From contig JBHLLT010000001.1 in the NCBI GenBank assembly GCA_048938855.1, forward strand, positions 448,124-512,123: a stretch of DNA of 64,000 nucleotides, in the 5' to 3' direction. The DNA comes from Promethearchaeota archaeon. GTDB lineage: Archaea > Asgardarchaeota > Lokiarchaeia > Sigyniarchaeales > SOKP01. The notes beneath the pieces were generated by a model. It was not told where the DNA came from. It made no database searches and was given only the letters and a program-made list of their open reading frames with translations. A program made the position numbers and the translations under genes. Numbering within the stretch: the stretch's first letter is position 1; each line of letters begins with the position of its first letter. Of this stretch, positions 56,504-64,000 are shown piece after piece.

Positions 56504-57892
56504 CTACAATGTCATCAAAAATTTAGTTAAACCATTTGTAAATACTGAAAAAGCAACGTTTCTAAACCACCAGAATTTCGGATTGAATAAGAATCTCAAT
56601 AATCTCTTTCCAAAGAGAAAAAATCCGATATCATTGTAAAAAAATCTGTAGCTCTCGTCAACTAATTCTTGGATTTCATCACGACCCATATCCGGAGTAT
56701 TCATAATTGCTTTAATATTCCATTTTTCCCATTTAAAATCTTTAGTGATCCATCCTTTTTCCACAGCATTATCATAAAGTGGAGTTCCTGGAAAAGGAGT
56801 AATAGGACAAGTCATCATTAGATCAATATCTAATTCTTTCATTAATTTAAATGTTCTCCACGTATCTTTGGTATTTTCTCCGATATTCCCAATAATGAAA
56901 GATCCGAAAACCATAATTCCATTCTTATGGCATAAATTAATAGCTTTTCGGACTTTATCAAGTGTATATTGTTTCTCCATATTATTTAAGGACATTTGTT
57001 TGAAACTTTCAAATCCTATAAAAAAACACATAAAACCTGCATTAGCCATAGCTTTTACCATATCTGGGTTATTAGCAATATCATCTACTCTTGATTGACA
57101 AACGAACATTAAGCGTTTACTCAATTTTGTTTTTTCTAAAAGCTCACATATTCTCATAACTCGCTTCTTCTGCAAACTGAAATTATCGTCTGTAAAAAAT
57201 ACGAGTTTTGTCGTATCTGGAACTTTTAATAATTCTTCAATTACTCTTTCGGGAGATTTGGTTCGGTATCTACCTTTATGAAATTGAGTAACACAACAAA
57301 AATTGCATTTAAATGGGCAGCCTCTTGAAGTTTCACATACCCAAGCTGGAACCCATATATAATGATAAGGATTAGATTCGACTAAATCATTACGAGGAAA
57401 TGGTAATCGGTCTAAATTCTTAATTAAGGGTCTATCTGGATTATGAAATATAGTTCCATTTTCTTTATAAGAAAGTCCTAGAATTTGATCTTTTGGCTTA
57501 TTTTCCAGCAATTCTCTAAAAGTAATATCCCCCTCTCCTCGACAGATCATATCAATACAATCAAATTCATCTATGATATTAGGAACCAATGTGGGGTGAA
57601 ATCCCCCCAAAATAGTCGGGATGGAGTTTCTTTTAGCAATTTTACATATCTTCAATACAATTCCAAAGGTATTAGTCATACATGTTATTCCAATCAAATC
57701 AAATTGCCGTATTTTTTCCTCTAATTTATTAATTCCGCAAGAATGGTCAGCATTTAGATCAAGTATTTCAATATGGTGATTAAGATCTCTGACAGCTCCC
57801 GCTAGTGTTAATAGTGATAATGGGGGACTACACATGACTTTCCCCATTCCCTCTCCAATTTGAAATGGAGGATATATTAATAAAATTTTCAT
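56504..57892 (-). CDS. B12-binding domain radical SAM enzyme (class B)
   Basis: PPLSL, GGFHPT, GEGD, TSRGCPFKCNFC, DDNF, GFES, TPFPGTPLY; start at MKILLIYPP preferred. Confidence 0.92.
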   Translation of the reverse strand: MKILLIYPPFQIGEGMGKVMCSPPLSLLTLAGAVRDLNHHIEILDLNADHSCGINKLEEKIRQFDLIGITCMTNTFGIVLKICKIAKRNSIPTILGGFHPTLVPNIIDEFDCIDMICRGEGDITFRELLENKPKDQILGLSYKENGTIFHNPDRPLIKNLDRLPFPRNDLVESNPYHYIWVPAWVCETSRGCPFKCNFCCVTQFHKGRYRTKSPERVIEELLKVPDTTKLVFFTDDNFSLQKKRVMRICELLEKTKLSKRLMFVCQSRVDDIANNPDMVKAMANAGFMCFFIGFESFKQMSLNNMEKQYTLDKVRKAINLCHKNGIMVFGSFIIGNIGENTKDTWRTFKLMKELDIDLMMTCPITPFPGTPLYDNAVEKGWITKDFKWEKWNIKAIMNTPDMGRDEIQELVDESYRFFYNDIGFFLFGKRLLRFLFNPKFWWFRNVAFSVFTNGLTKFLMTL

Positions 57893-58000
57893 TTTAAAGC
57901 GTAACTGCATAAAATTAATTTTTTATAATTAATAATTTGTTAATTCTATATAAGCTTTGTTGTTTCTACATAGCTCAAAATCCTTGATAATCTGATTGAT

Positions 58001-58022
58001 ATAACATTTCAATAACATTTCA
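58001..58022. repeat. Perfect 11-bp direct repeat x2 in a divergent promoter region
   Basis: ATAACATTTCA ATAACATTTCA. Confidence 0.45.
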
Positions 58023-58101
58023 AGAAACTTCGACACATACTTTTTATTATAAAAATAGTTAAAAAGGATCTTAATTAAACAAAAGTAAAAAGGTGATTTT
58101 A

Positions 58102-58248
58102 CTGGACGCAAAATTATTTAAAAAAACATTTCCTTATATTTGTGAGGATTGTGGTGAATTTGCGCACACATTACATAAATTTTGTGATAAATGTGGTGCG
58201 AATGCTCTAAGGAAAGCTAGTAATAAGGATTACAAAAACCATAACTAA
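58102..58248 (+). CDS. Zinc-finger micro-protein (48 aa), not in ORF track; CTG start (or GTG at 58093)
   Basis: (M)DAKLFKKTFPYICEDCGEFAHTLHKFCDKCGANALRKASNKDYKNHN*; AGGTGA RBS 5 nt before the CTG. Confidence 0.75.
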   Translation: MDAKLFKKTFPYICEDCGEFAHTLHKFCDKCGANALRKASNKDYKNHN

Positions 58249-58299
58249 AAGTAATAGATTTATTTTTGTTAAATTTTTTTTTTCTTTATTAAAACTAAT

Positions 58300-59217
58300 T
58301 CAATTTAGAGTTTTTTCAAATTCTTTAAGTTCTTCATTTATCTGTAAGTCATTTAAACCCAATGACTGTAAAAGAATTTTAAGTTGAACAATAGCATTAT
58401 TAGCTTTAATGTTCTTAGCAATATGGAGTGCCCTAATAAATTGATTTTTAGCCTCTTTAATTCTCCCTAAATAAAAGAGTGTTTCCGCTGCATAGCTAAG
58501 ACCACGCAAAATCAGTTCCGCATAGTTTCCGTCAATCGCTACATTAGTCCCTTTTTTGAAGTAGATAAGAGCTTTTTCAAGATAGTTGTTTTTCTTTTGA
58601 AGAATTCCCAAATTAAAATATGAAGTGATAATTCCCTTTCTATCATTAATTTCTTTAAATCCTTTTAATGATTTTTTATAGAGATCAAATACAACATCCC
58701 ATTTTTCATTATTTTCATAAATGTAAATTAAATTTCCCAAACAGTCCAATAAATTATATTTATCATTGTTATCGGAGCAAATTGCACTACAATCCAGAAA
58801 GATGTTTGAAGCTTCATCAAATCTATTTAATTTAAGATAATTATTTCCTATTCCTTTTAAACATATAATCTGTTCTTGAACCTGTTTTAATTCCTTATAA
58901 ATACTATAGGCTTTTTCATAAGATTCAGAAGATTTCTCATAGTTACCTTGTTTGAAATATAATGTCCCTAACACTCCATAAACAGCAGCTTGACCAAATC
59001 TGTCTTTTTGTTTCTTAAAATGTTTTAAACAGATTAAATAATTATGTTCTGATTCTATATAATTTTTCAATTGGAGTTGAATTAGAGCAATATCGCTTAA
59101 TTCTTTAATATAATTTGCGTCTTTTCCAATCTGTTCTAATTCTTTTAAATTTTCCTTTTTTTTTTCTAATAAATCAGCTAATTCTTCTTTATTAGGCTCT
59201 TTTTCATTTTCTAACAT
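58300..59217 (-). CDS. Tetratricopeptide repeat protein
   Basis: Repeats such as YGVLGTLYFKQGNYEKS, YFNLGILQ, AKNQFIRAL. Confidence 0.85.
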   Translation of the reverse strand: MLENEKEPNKEELADLLEKKKENLKELEQIGKDANYIKELSDIALIQLQLKNYIESEHNYLICLKHFKKQKDRFGQAAVYGVLGTLYFKQGNYEKSSESYEKAYSIYKELKQVQEQIICLKGIGNNYLKLNRFDEASNIFLDCSAICSDNNDKYNLLDCLGNLIYIYENNEKWDVVFDLYKKSLKGFKEINDRKGIITSYFNLGILQKKNNYLEKALIYFKKGTNVAIDGNYAELILRGLSYAAETLFYLGRIKEAKNQFIRALHIAKNIKANNAIVQLKILLQSLGLNDLQINEELKEFEKTLN

Positions 59218-59254
59218 AAGTAATTGGGGGGGCTATTATCTCAAATTTATATCT

Positions 59255-59692
59255 TTATATATTTAACTCTTCCAAGATTTCTACAGCATTCTTTACGTAT
59301 TGTAGACACTTTCTTTCAAATAATTCATTTTGGCTGAAATACTCTTTTCCTTCGGGGGTATTAATATCACAGCCAAGTAATTCTTTGCACATCAAAGAAC
59401 CATTAATTTCCTGAAATTTATTAGAAAAATTTCTTATAATTTGATATGTATTTTCTTTGGCATTAACATTTTTATTAACACCCATCCCATGTTTTAAACC
59501 AATAGCCATAAAGGCACCGGTTACTGCACCACATGTATTTCCAAGGCGCCCCATTCCTCCTCCAAAACCGGTTGCTATTTTTAAAGCTATGTTTTGATCT
59601 AATCCATATTTAGTACTAAAAGTACTCAATACTGATTGAGCACAGTTAAAATCTTCTTTAAAGCGGGAAAGAGCGTTTTTTACTTTTGACAT
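59255..59692 (-). CDS. C-GCAxxG-C-C family putative redox protein
   Basis: FNCAQSV, GFGGGMG, TCGAVTG, CKEL, terminal C. Confidence 0.9.
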   Translation of the reverse strand: MSKVKNALSRFKEDFNCAQSVLSTFSTKYGLDQNIALKIATGFGGGMGRLGNTCGAVTGAFMAIGLKHGMGVNKNVNAKENTYQIIRNFSNKFQEINGSLMCKELLGCDINTPEGKEYFSQNELFERKCLQYVKNAVEILEELNI

Positions 59693-59726
59693 TTTACAGA
59701 CCTTCTTTTATTTTTAATTTAAAAAT

Positions 59727-59749
59727 ATAAGAAATATAACATTTCTTAT
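59727..59749. promoter_or_regulatory. 9-5-9 inverted repeat between divergent genes
   Basis: ATAAGAAAT-ATAAC-ATTTCTTAT. Confidence 0.35.
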
Positions 59750-59803
59750 CTATTATATATTTAGAGATAGATTTAGAATATTATGTGAAATAAGGAATTT
59801 TTT

Positions 59804-60916
59804 ATGAAATTAAAAGCAAGATTATTCGATAAACTTGATGATAAAAAAGTTAGATGCCATGTATGTGCAAATGAATGTATAGTTTTACCAGATAAAGTGG
59901 GAATCTGTAGAACAAGAAAGAATTTTGATGGAGAATTATTTACACTTATATATGGTTCACTTATTTCCGCTGGAAGTCTGGATCCTATTGAGAAGAAACC
60001 TCTTTATAATTTTTGGCCAGGTGCTACAGCATATTCAATTGCATCAATCGGATGTTCTTTCAAATGCCAGAATTGCCAGAATTGGAATATATCACAAGCA
60101 AATCCAACGGACAATGGAAAAGATGGATTTTATAATCTTACGGGGTATGAAAACCGTGGAATGTCATTAGTTGAAATGACTCCTGAGCAATTAGAAAAAA
60201 GAGTGGTAAAGAGTGGAGCAAAAACTCTTGCTTATACATATAATGAACCATTAATATGGCACGAATGGATTCTGGATACGGTACCTTTGCTTAAAAAACA
60301 TAACATTAAAACTATTTTAGTTACTAACGGATATTCCACTCCAGAAGCAACAAATGAATTGATTGAAGTAGGAATCGATGCTGCAAATATTGATATTAAA
60401 GCTATGTCTGATGATTTTTATAAGAAGATATGCGGTGTAACGTCTGTTAAACCCGTCTTAGATACCGCTAAACGATTTAAATCTAATGGTATTCATGTAG
60501 AAATCACAAACTTAATTATACCAGATTTAAATGATAGTACTGAAGATATCCAAAAATTGTGTGATTGGATTGTAGATAATCTAGGAAAAAATACTCCGAC
60601 TCACTTTTCCGCTTATCACCCTGATTTCAAAATGCCATCAATGAAACGTACTCCTTATGAAACATTAAACAAGGCATATACTATTGCTAAAGAGACCGGT
60701 CTTTTCTTCCCATACGTAGGAAATATAGCTCATGATAAAGGAAGTAATACCTATTGTCCAAATTGTGATTATTTATTAATGGAAAGGCGAGGTTATAGCT
60801 TTAAAAAGATCGAAGTAACAGATGAAAATAAATGCCCAAATTGCTCTTATGAGTTAAATAATGATATTATTGGGAAAATTAATAAACATCCTTCACACAG
60901 ATATACTTTCATCTAA
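59804..60916 (+). CDS. amrS: AmmeMemoRadiSam system radical SAM enzyme
   Basis: CHVCANEC, GICRTR, DPIEKKPLY, GCSFKCQNCQNW.ISQ, YTYNEP, YVGN, TYCPNC. Confidence 0.93.
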   Translation: MKLKARLFDKLDDKKVRCHVCANECIVLPDKVGICRTRKNFDGELFTLIYGSLISAGSLDPIEKKPLYNFWPGATAYSIASIGCSFKCQNCQNWNISQANPTDNGKDGFYNLTGYENRGMSLVEMTPEQLEKRVVKSGAKTLAYTYNEPLIWHEWILDTVPLLKKHNIKTILVTNGYSTPEATNELIEVGIDAANIDIKAMSDDFYKKICGVTSVKPVLDTAKRFKSNGIHVEITNLIIPDLNDSTEDIQKLCDWIVDNLGKNTPTHFSAYHPDFKMPSMKRTPYETLNKAYTIAKETGLFFPYVGNIAHDKGSNTYCPNCDYLLMERRGYSFKKIEVTDENKCPNCSYELNNDIIGKINKHPSHRYTFI

Positions 60917-60978
60917 AGAAATTACATTCATCTTAACTAATTTGATTTTGTAAAAAAAATATAATGAAAAAAAAAGAT

Positions 60979-61626
60979 TTAGAACAGATATCCTATTGAA
61001 ATTCCAAATACTAAAACTAAGAATCCTTGAAGAAAACAGAATGCTGCAACAATAAAAGCTATAGGAGGCCATGAGATAAATTTTGAAATTTTCATTAACC
61101 CTCCAATATAGAATTTTGCTGTAAGTGCAATTATAGCAAAAATTATTATAAACAATATAACAAAGAATACAGTTGGATTCATGAATAATCCAATGACTAC
61201 ATAAGCTGCTGCGGGCATTACCATTACAAGAACTAATACTACAGCACTTCCTGCTAAAAGTCCAACAACGCTAGCTATCGGAAGATCATTAATAGGTTTT
61301 AAAAGCGTAAGAATTCCAAAAATTATCAGTATAGCCGAGGTAAAAATGCTTACTTCTCCACTTATAAAGGCTATACTTGGTGGTACATTTTCCATTAACC
61401 CACCAACCCCACTTAATATTGCTAAGATACCAATAATGAGACCCAAATAAGTGAGAACTTTTAGGAATTTAGTCACTTTCATATCCCAATCTTCTGTCTT
61501 TCGCTTCTTTACAGATCCTCGTCTCTTAGCTTCATATATGCCGAAAATTAACCACATAATCCCTAAGATCAAAACAAAAAAACCAGCCATCCGTCCAAAG
61601 AATGCCATAAAATTTTGAAAAATCAC
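60979..61626 (-). CDS. Hypothetical multi-pass membrane protein
   Basis: About 6 hydrophobic segments; AGGAGTGA RBS before the GTG. Confidence 0.7.
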   Translation of the reverse strand: MIFQNFMAFFGRMAGFFVLILGIMWLIFGIYEAKRRGSVKKRKTEDWDMKVTKFLKVLTYLGLIIGILAILSGVGGLMENVPPSIAFISGEVSIFTSAILIIFGILTLLKPINDLPIASVVGLLAGSAVVLVLVMVMPAAAYVVIGLFMNPTVFFVILFIIIFAIIALTAKFYIGGLMKISKFISWPPIAFIVAAFCFLQGFLVLVFGISIGYLF

Positions 61627-61741
61627 TATATTTCACTCCTTTATTTTGTTAAGTTTATGATGAAATTATTTTATTATTATATATTTATTTTGCTTTAAAA
61701 TTCTAATGTAGTCCAATAATTAAAAACGTAGTAAGAAAAGC

Positions 61742-63436
61742 TTAGGTAATAAATGAGACTGTTTTTTTGATGTAATCCATGTATAGATCAATTTCTTGGT
61801 TTTTTTTGTTTTCATTCCAAGAATATTCCTCAGCCATGATCTTAGCAACTTTACTAGCTGCGATAATTGCTTTTTTGTGATCAATCCATAATGACATTTC
61901 AGTACGTCTACAAAAAACATCAATCAGATGTGGAGTTAGTTCATATCTTAAGCAGTATAAGATTTCTGCTTTTGTGAAATTATTCTCTTCAATAATCCTT
62001 TCCTTCAGAGATTCATCTTCCTTTATCATTTCTAGGATTTTAACTGCCCCTTTACCGTATTGTTGATAAAGATGATCATAAATATCATTATCTAGTTTAA
62101 CAGGGTAATCTTTTAATTTTTCTAACCAATTTTCTTTTTTATCCCCAATAATAAAAGGTTGTCTACTGAAATGCTGTTTTCGTTTAATATGGAGAAAAAT
62201 TTCCTTTTCTGCAATTTTATCGAATAAATCTTCTGCCATAGCGCGCCATTCAGTTAATTTACCCCCGGTGATTGTCAATAAGCCATCATCAGAGAAAAAT
62301 ATGACATGAGATCGTGAGACTTCGCTTTCAGATTTGCCCTTCTGCATAACCAATGGTCTAATTCCAGCATATGTAGAAAGAATATTATCATATCCAATTT
62401 CAGCATTTGGGAAATATTTTTGAGTGGATTTAATTAAATAATCAGCGTCATCTTTTGTACAATAAGGATTAGCTAAATCTTCATTGTAATCTGTATCAGT
62501 AGTCCCAATAATCGTAAAATCTTTGTCTCTAGGTAAAACAAAATAAACACGACCATCAATCGTTGAATATAGAACATTTGCTATGTTATTCCGGATATAT
62601 TTACGTCGATATTGTAAATGGACTCCTTTAGTCGGTCGGATAAGAGGATTTGGAATAGGATCAGGATAAGTTTCAAGCAATTTATCTGTCCAAATTCCAG
62701 TCGCATTTACGATTAATGTCCCTTTAATCTCAAATTGGTCTTTATTTTCAATATCTTTACATTTAACTCCCTTGATAATATTTTCTTCTTTGACATATCC
62801 TACAACTTTGCAATAATTCAAAACGTCAGCTCCCCTTATTACAGCTTCTTTTAATGTCTCAATTGTTAATCTGGCATCATCAATGTTATTATCATAATAA
62901 ACAGCTCCTCCTAAATTACCCTCTCTTAAAAATTCAGGTTCTATTTCAGAAATTTCCTCAGATGTGTGCCATTTATGTTGCTTAAAGTTTTTAAATTCTG
63001 ATTTATCATCACTTAAAAAATCATATATTTTAATTGCTGCTTTTAATTCTCTTGCTTTATATTTTCCACCTTCTATTACAGGTAAATAGAATGGTAATGG
63101 TCTAACTAAATGAGGGATGTGTACTCGCATCCAATTTCGTTCTCTTGAAGCTTCCTTTACTAAATTCATTTCACCGTGAGTAATATATCTTAAACCTCCA
63201 TGAGCTAATTTTGAACTTCTTGAAGATGTTCCTGCAGCGAAATCCTGCATGTCAACACAGGCAACTTTTAATCCTCTCATTGCAGCTTCTCTTGCTACCC
63301 CTGCTCCAGTTATTCCTGCCCCTATAATGATAATGTCATAATTAGTTTTTTTTAATTTCTTTATTATATTATCTCTGTTCTTAAAATTCCATAATTGATC
63401 AAATAATTTTTTTTCCAGTGCTTCCATATTCCTCAT
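61742..63436 (-). CDS. FAD-dependent glycerol-3-phosphate dehydrogenase/oxidase (GlpD/GlpA family)
   Basis: IIGAGITG, DFAAGTSSRSSKLAHGGLRY, DDARL, VNATGIW, GTTD, AGIRPL, GGKLT. Confidence 0.92.
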   Translation of the reverse strand: MRNMEALEKKLFDQLWNFKNRDNIIKKLKKTNYDIIIIGAGITGAGVAREAAMRGLKVACVDMQDFAAGTSSRSSKLAHGGLRYITHGEMNLVKEASRERNWMRVHIPHLVRPLPFYLPVIEGGKYKARELKAAIKIYDFLSDDKSEFKNFKQHKWHTSEEISEIEPEFLREGNLGGAVYYDNNIDDARLTIETLKEAVIRGADVLNYCKVVGYVKEENIIKGVKCKDIENKDQFEIKGTLIVNATGIWTDKLLETYPDPIPNPLIRPTKGVHLQYRRKYIRNNIANVLYSTIDGRVYFVLPRDKDFTIIGTTDTDYNEDLANPYCTKDDADYLIKSTQKYFPNAEIGYDNILSTYAGIRPLVMQKGKSESEVSRSHVIFFSDDGLLTITGGKLTEWRAMAEDLFDKIAEKEIFLHIKRKQHFSRQPFIIGDKKENWLEKLKDYPVKLDNDIYDHLYQQYGKGAVKILEMIKEDESLKERIIEENNFTKAEILYCLRYELTPHLIDVFCRRTEMSLWIDHKKAIIAASKVAKIMAEEYSWNENKKNQEIDLYMDYIKKTVSFIT

Positions 63437-63616
63437 TTTATCAAATTTATAAAAATAATTTAATTTTGTGGATTATATCTAAATAAGTTAACTTCTCAAA
63501 TTATTGAGATTTTCTTATAATAATATTTATCTTTTGGAAATGTAAAGATTTAAAATAAAAAATTAAGTTCATATATAAGTACTGCTAATTTCTGAATCAA
63601 AAAAGGAAAGTTAAAG

Positions 63617-63997
63617 ATGTCCAAATCTGAGAAAAAGAAAGTTTTAATCGTTGATGACGCTGCATTCATTAGAAATAGAATTAAAAAGGTAGTTGAGAAA
63701 ATTGAATATGCTGATGTGATAGGCGAAGCGGCAAATGGAGGTGATGCAATAACCCTTTACAAGGAATTGAAGCCAGATTTAGTAACAATGGATTTAATTA
63801 TGCCAGATGTGGATGGAGTCAAAGCGATCGAAGAGATCATGAAATTTGACCAGAAAGCGAAAATTATCGTAGTTAGTGCAATAGGACAAGAGTTAACTAT
63901 CACTGATGCATTAGGGAAGGGAGCAAAAGAATACATTAAAAAACCATTTAAAGAAGAAGATATCTACAGAACTCTCGAACGTTTCTTAAGACCTTGA
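63617..63997 (+). CDS. Stand-alone CheY-like response regulator
   Basis: VLIVDD, PDLVTMD (phospho-Asp), VVSA, KPF. Confidence 0.9.
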   Translation: MSKSEKKKVLIVDDAAFIRNRIKKVVEKIEYADVIGEAANGGDAITLYKELKPDLVTMDLIMPDVDGVKAIEEIMKFDQKAKIIVVSAIGQELTITDALGKGAKEYIKKPFKEEDIYRTLERFLRP

Positions 63998-64000
63998 ATT

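Noticed and set aside
57929-58111. 60 aa ORF on the - strand
   Set aside because: It spans a divergent promoter region and overlaps the better-supported Zn-finger ORF on the + strand
1574-61923. Short track ORFs overlapping larger genes (e.g. 1574, 4336, 5420, 6121, 6317, 10505, 11245, 13054, 14514, 16172, 17080, 20668, 21825, 23109, 23239, 26500, 29194, 35872, 38502, 38892, 42468, 43561, 47494, 52784, 56868, 57485, 59925, 61720)
   Set aside because: Antisense or alternate-frame shadows of well-supported genes, with no motifs of their own
1-64000. rRNA, tRNA, CRISPR arrays, transposases, integrases, defence islands
   Set aside because: No GC-rich structured RNA islands, repeat-spacer arrays or mobile-element motifs seen by eye; tRNAscan-SE and Infernal would be needed to exclude small RNAs

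Overview
This is a strongly AT-rich, gene-dense archaeal chromosome segment with GGTG/AGGTGA-type ribosome-binding sites and many TTG starts. The gene mix points to an Asgard archaeon, most likely Lokiarchaeia/Promethearchaeia (inferred from content). Eukaryotic-signature proteins include an orphan Snf7/ESCRT-III, a roadblock-domain protein, a Rab-like GTPase, a RagA-like GTPase with a roadblock tail, a presenilin and GRAM/PH-like domains. Alongside them are ribosomal protein L35Ae, H4MPT C1 genes (mch, mtd, ftr), a glycine cleavage cluster (gcvT-H-PA-PB), purine salvage genes (mtnP, nucleoside kinase, apt), glycogen genes (glgA, GH57), XPD, RecJ-like DHH, a beta-CASP nuclease, glyS and two radical SAM enzymes. 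I saw no rRNA, tRNA, CRISPR array or mobile element. The best candidate for an undescribed system is the ~650 aa protein at 7866-9827. It appears to join a FYVE-like Zn finger, a coiled coil, a GRAM/PH-like domain, an N/Q/P-rich region and a C-terminal Vps23/TSG101 steadiness-box-like hairpin, and it lies ~1.2 kb from the orphan Snf7, suggesting an ESCRT-0/I-like adaptor. Other points: a nucleotide kinase with a PCNA PIP-box-like tail, a decayed glgA 3' fragment marking a tandem duplication, several genes that appear to need CTG/ATA starts, two small ORFs missing from the track, a probably inactive CAAX-protease fusion and a perfect 18-bp palindrome. All family assignments come from motif recognition by eye, not database searches.
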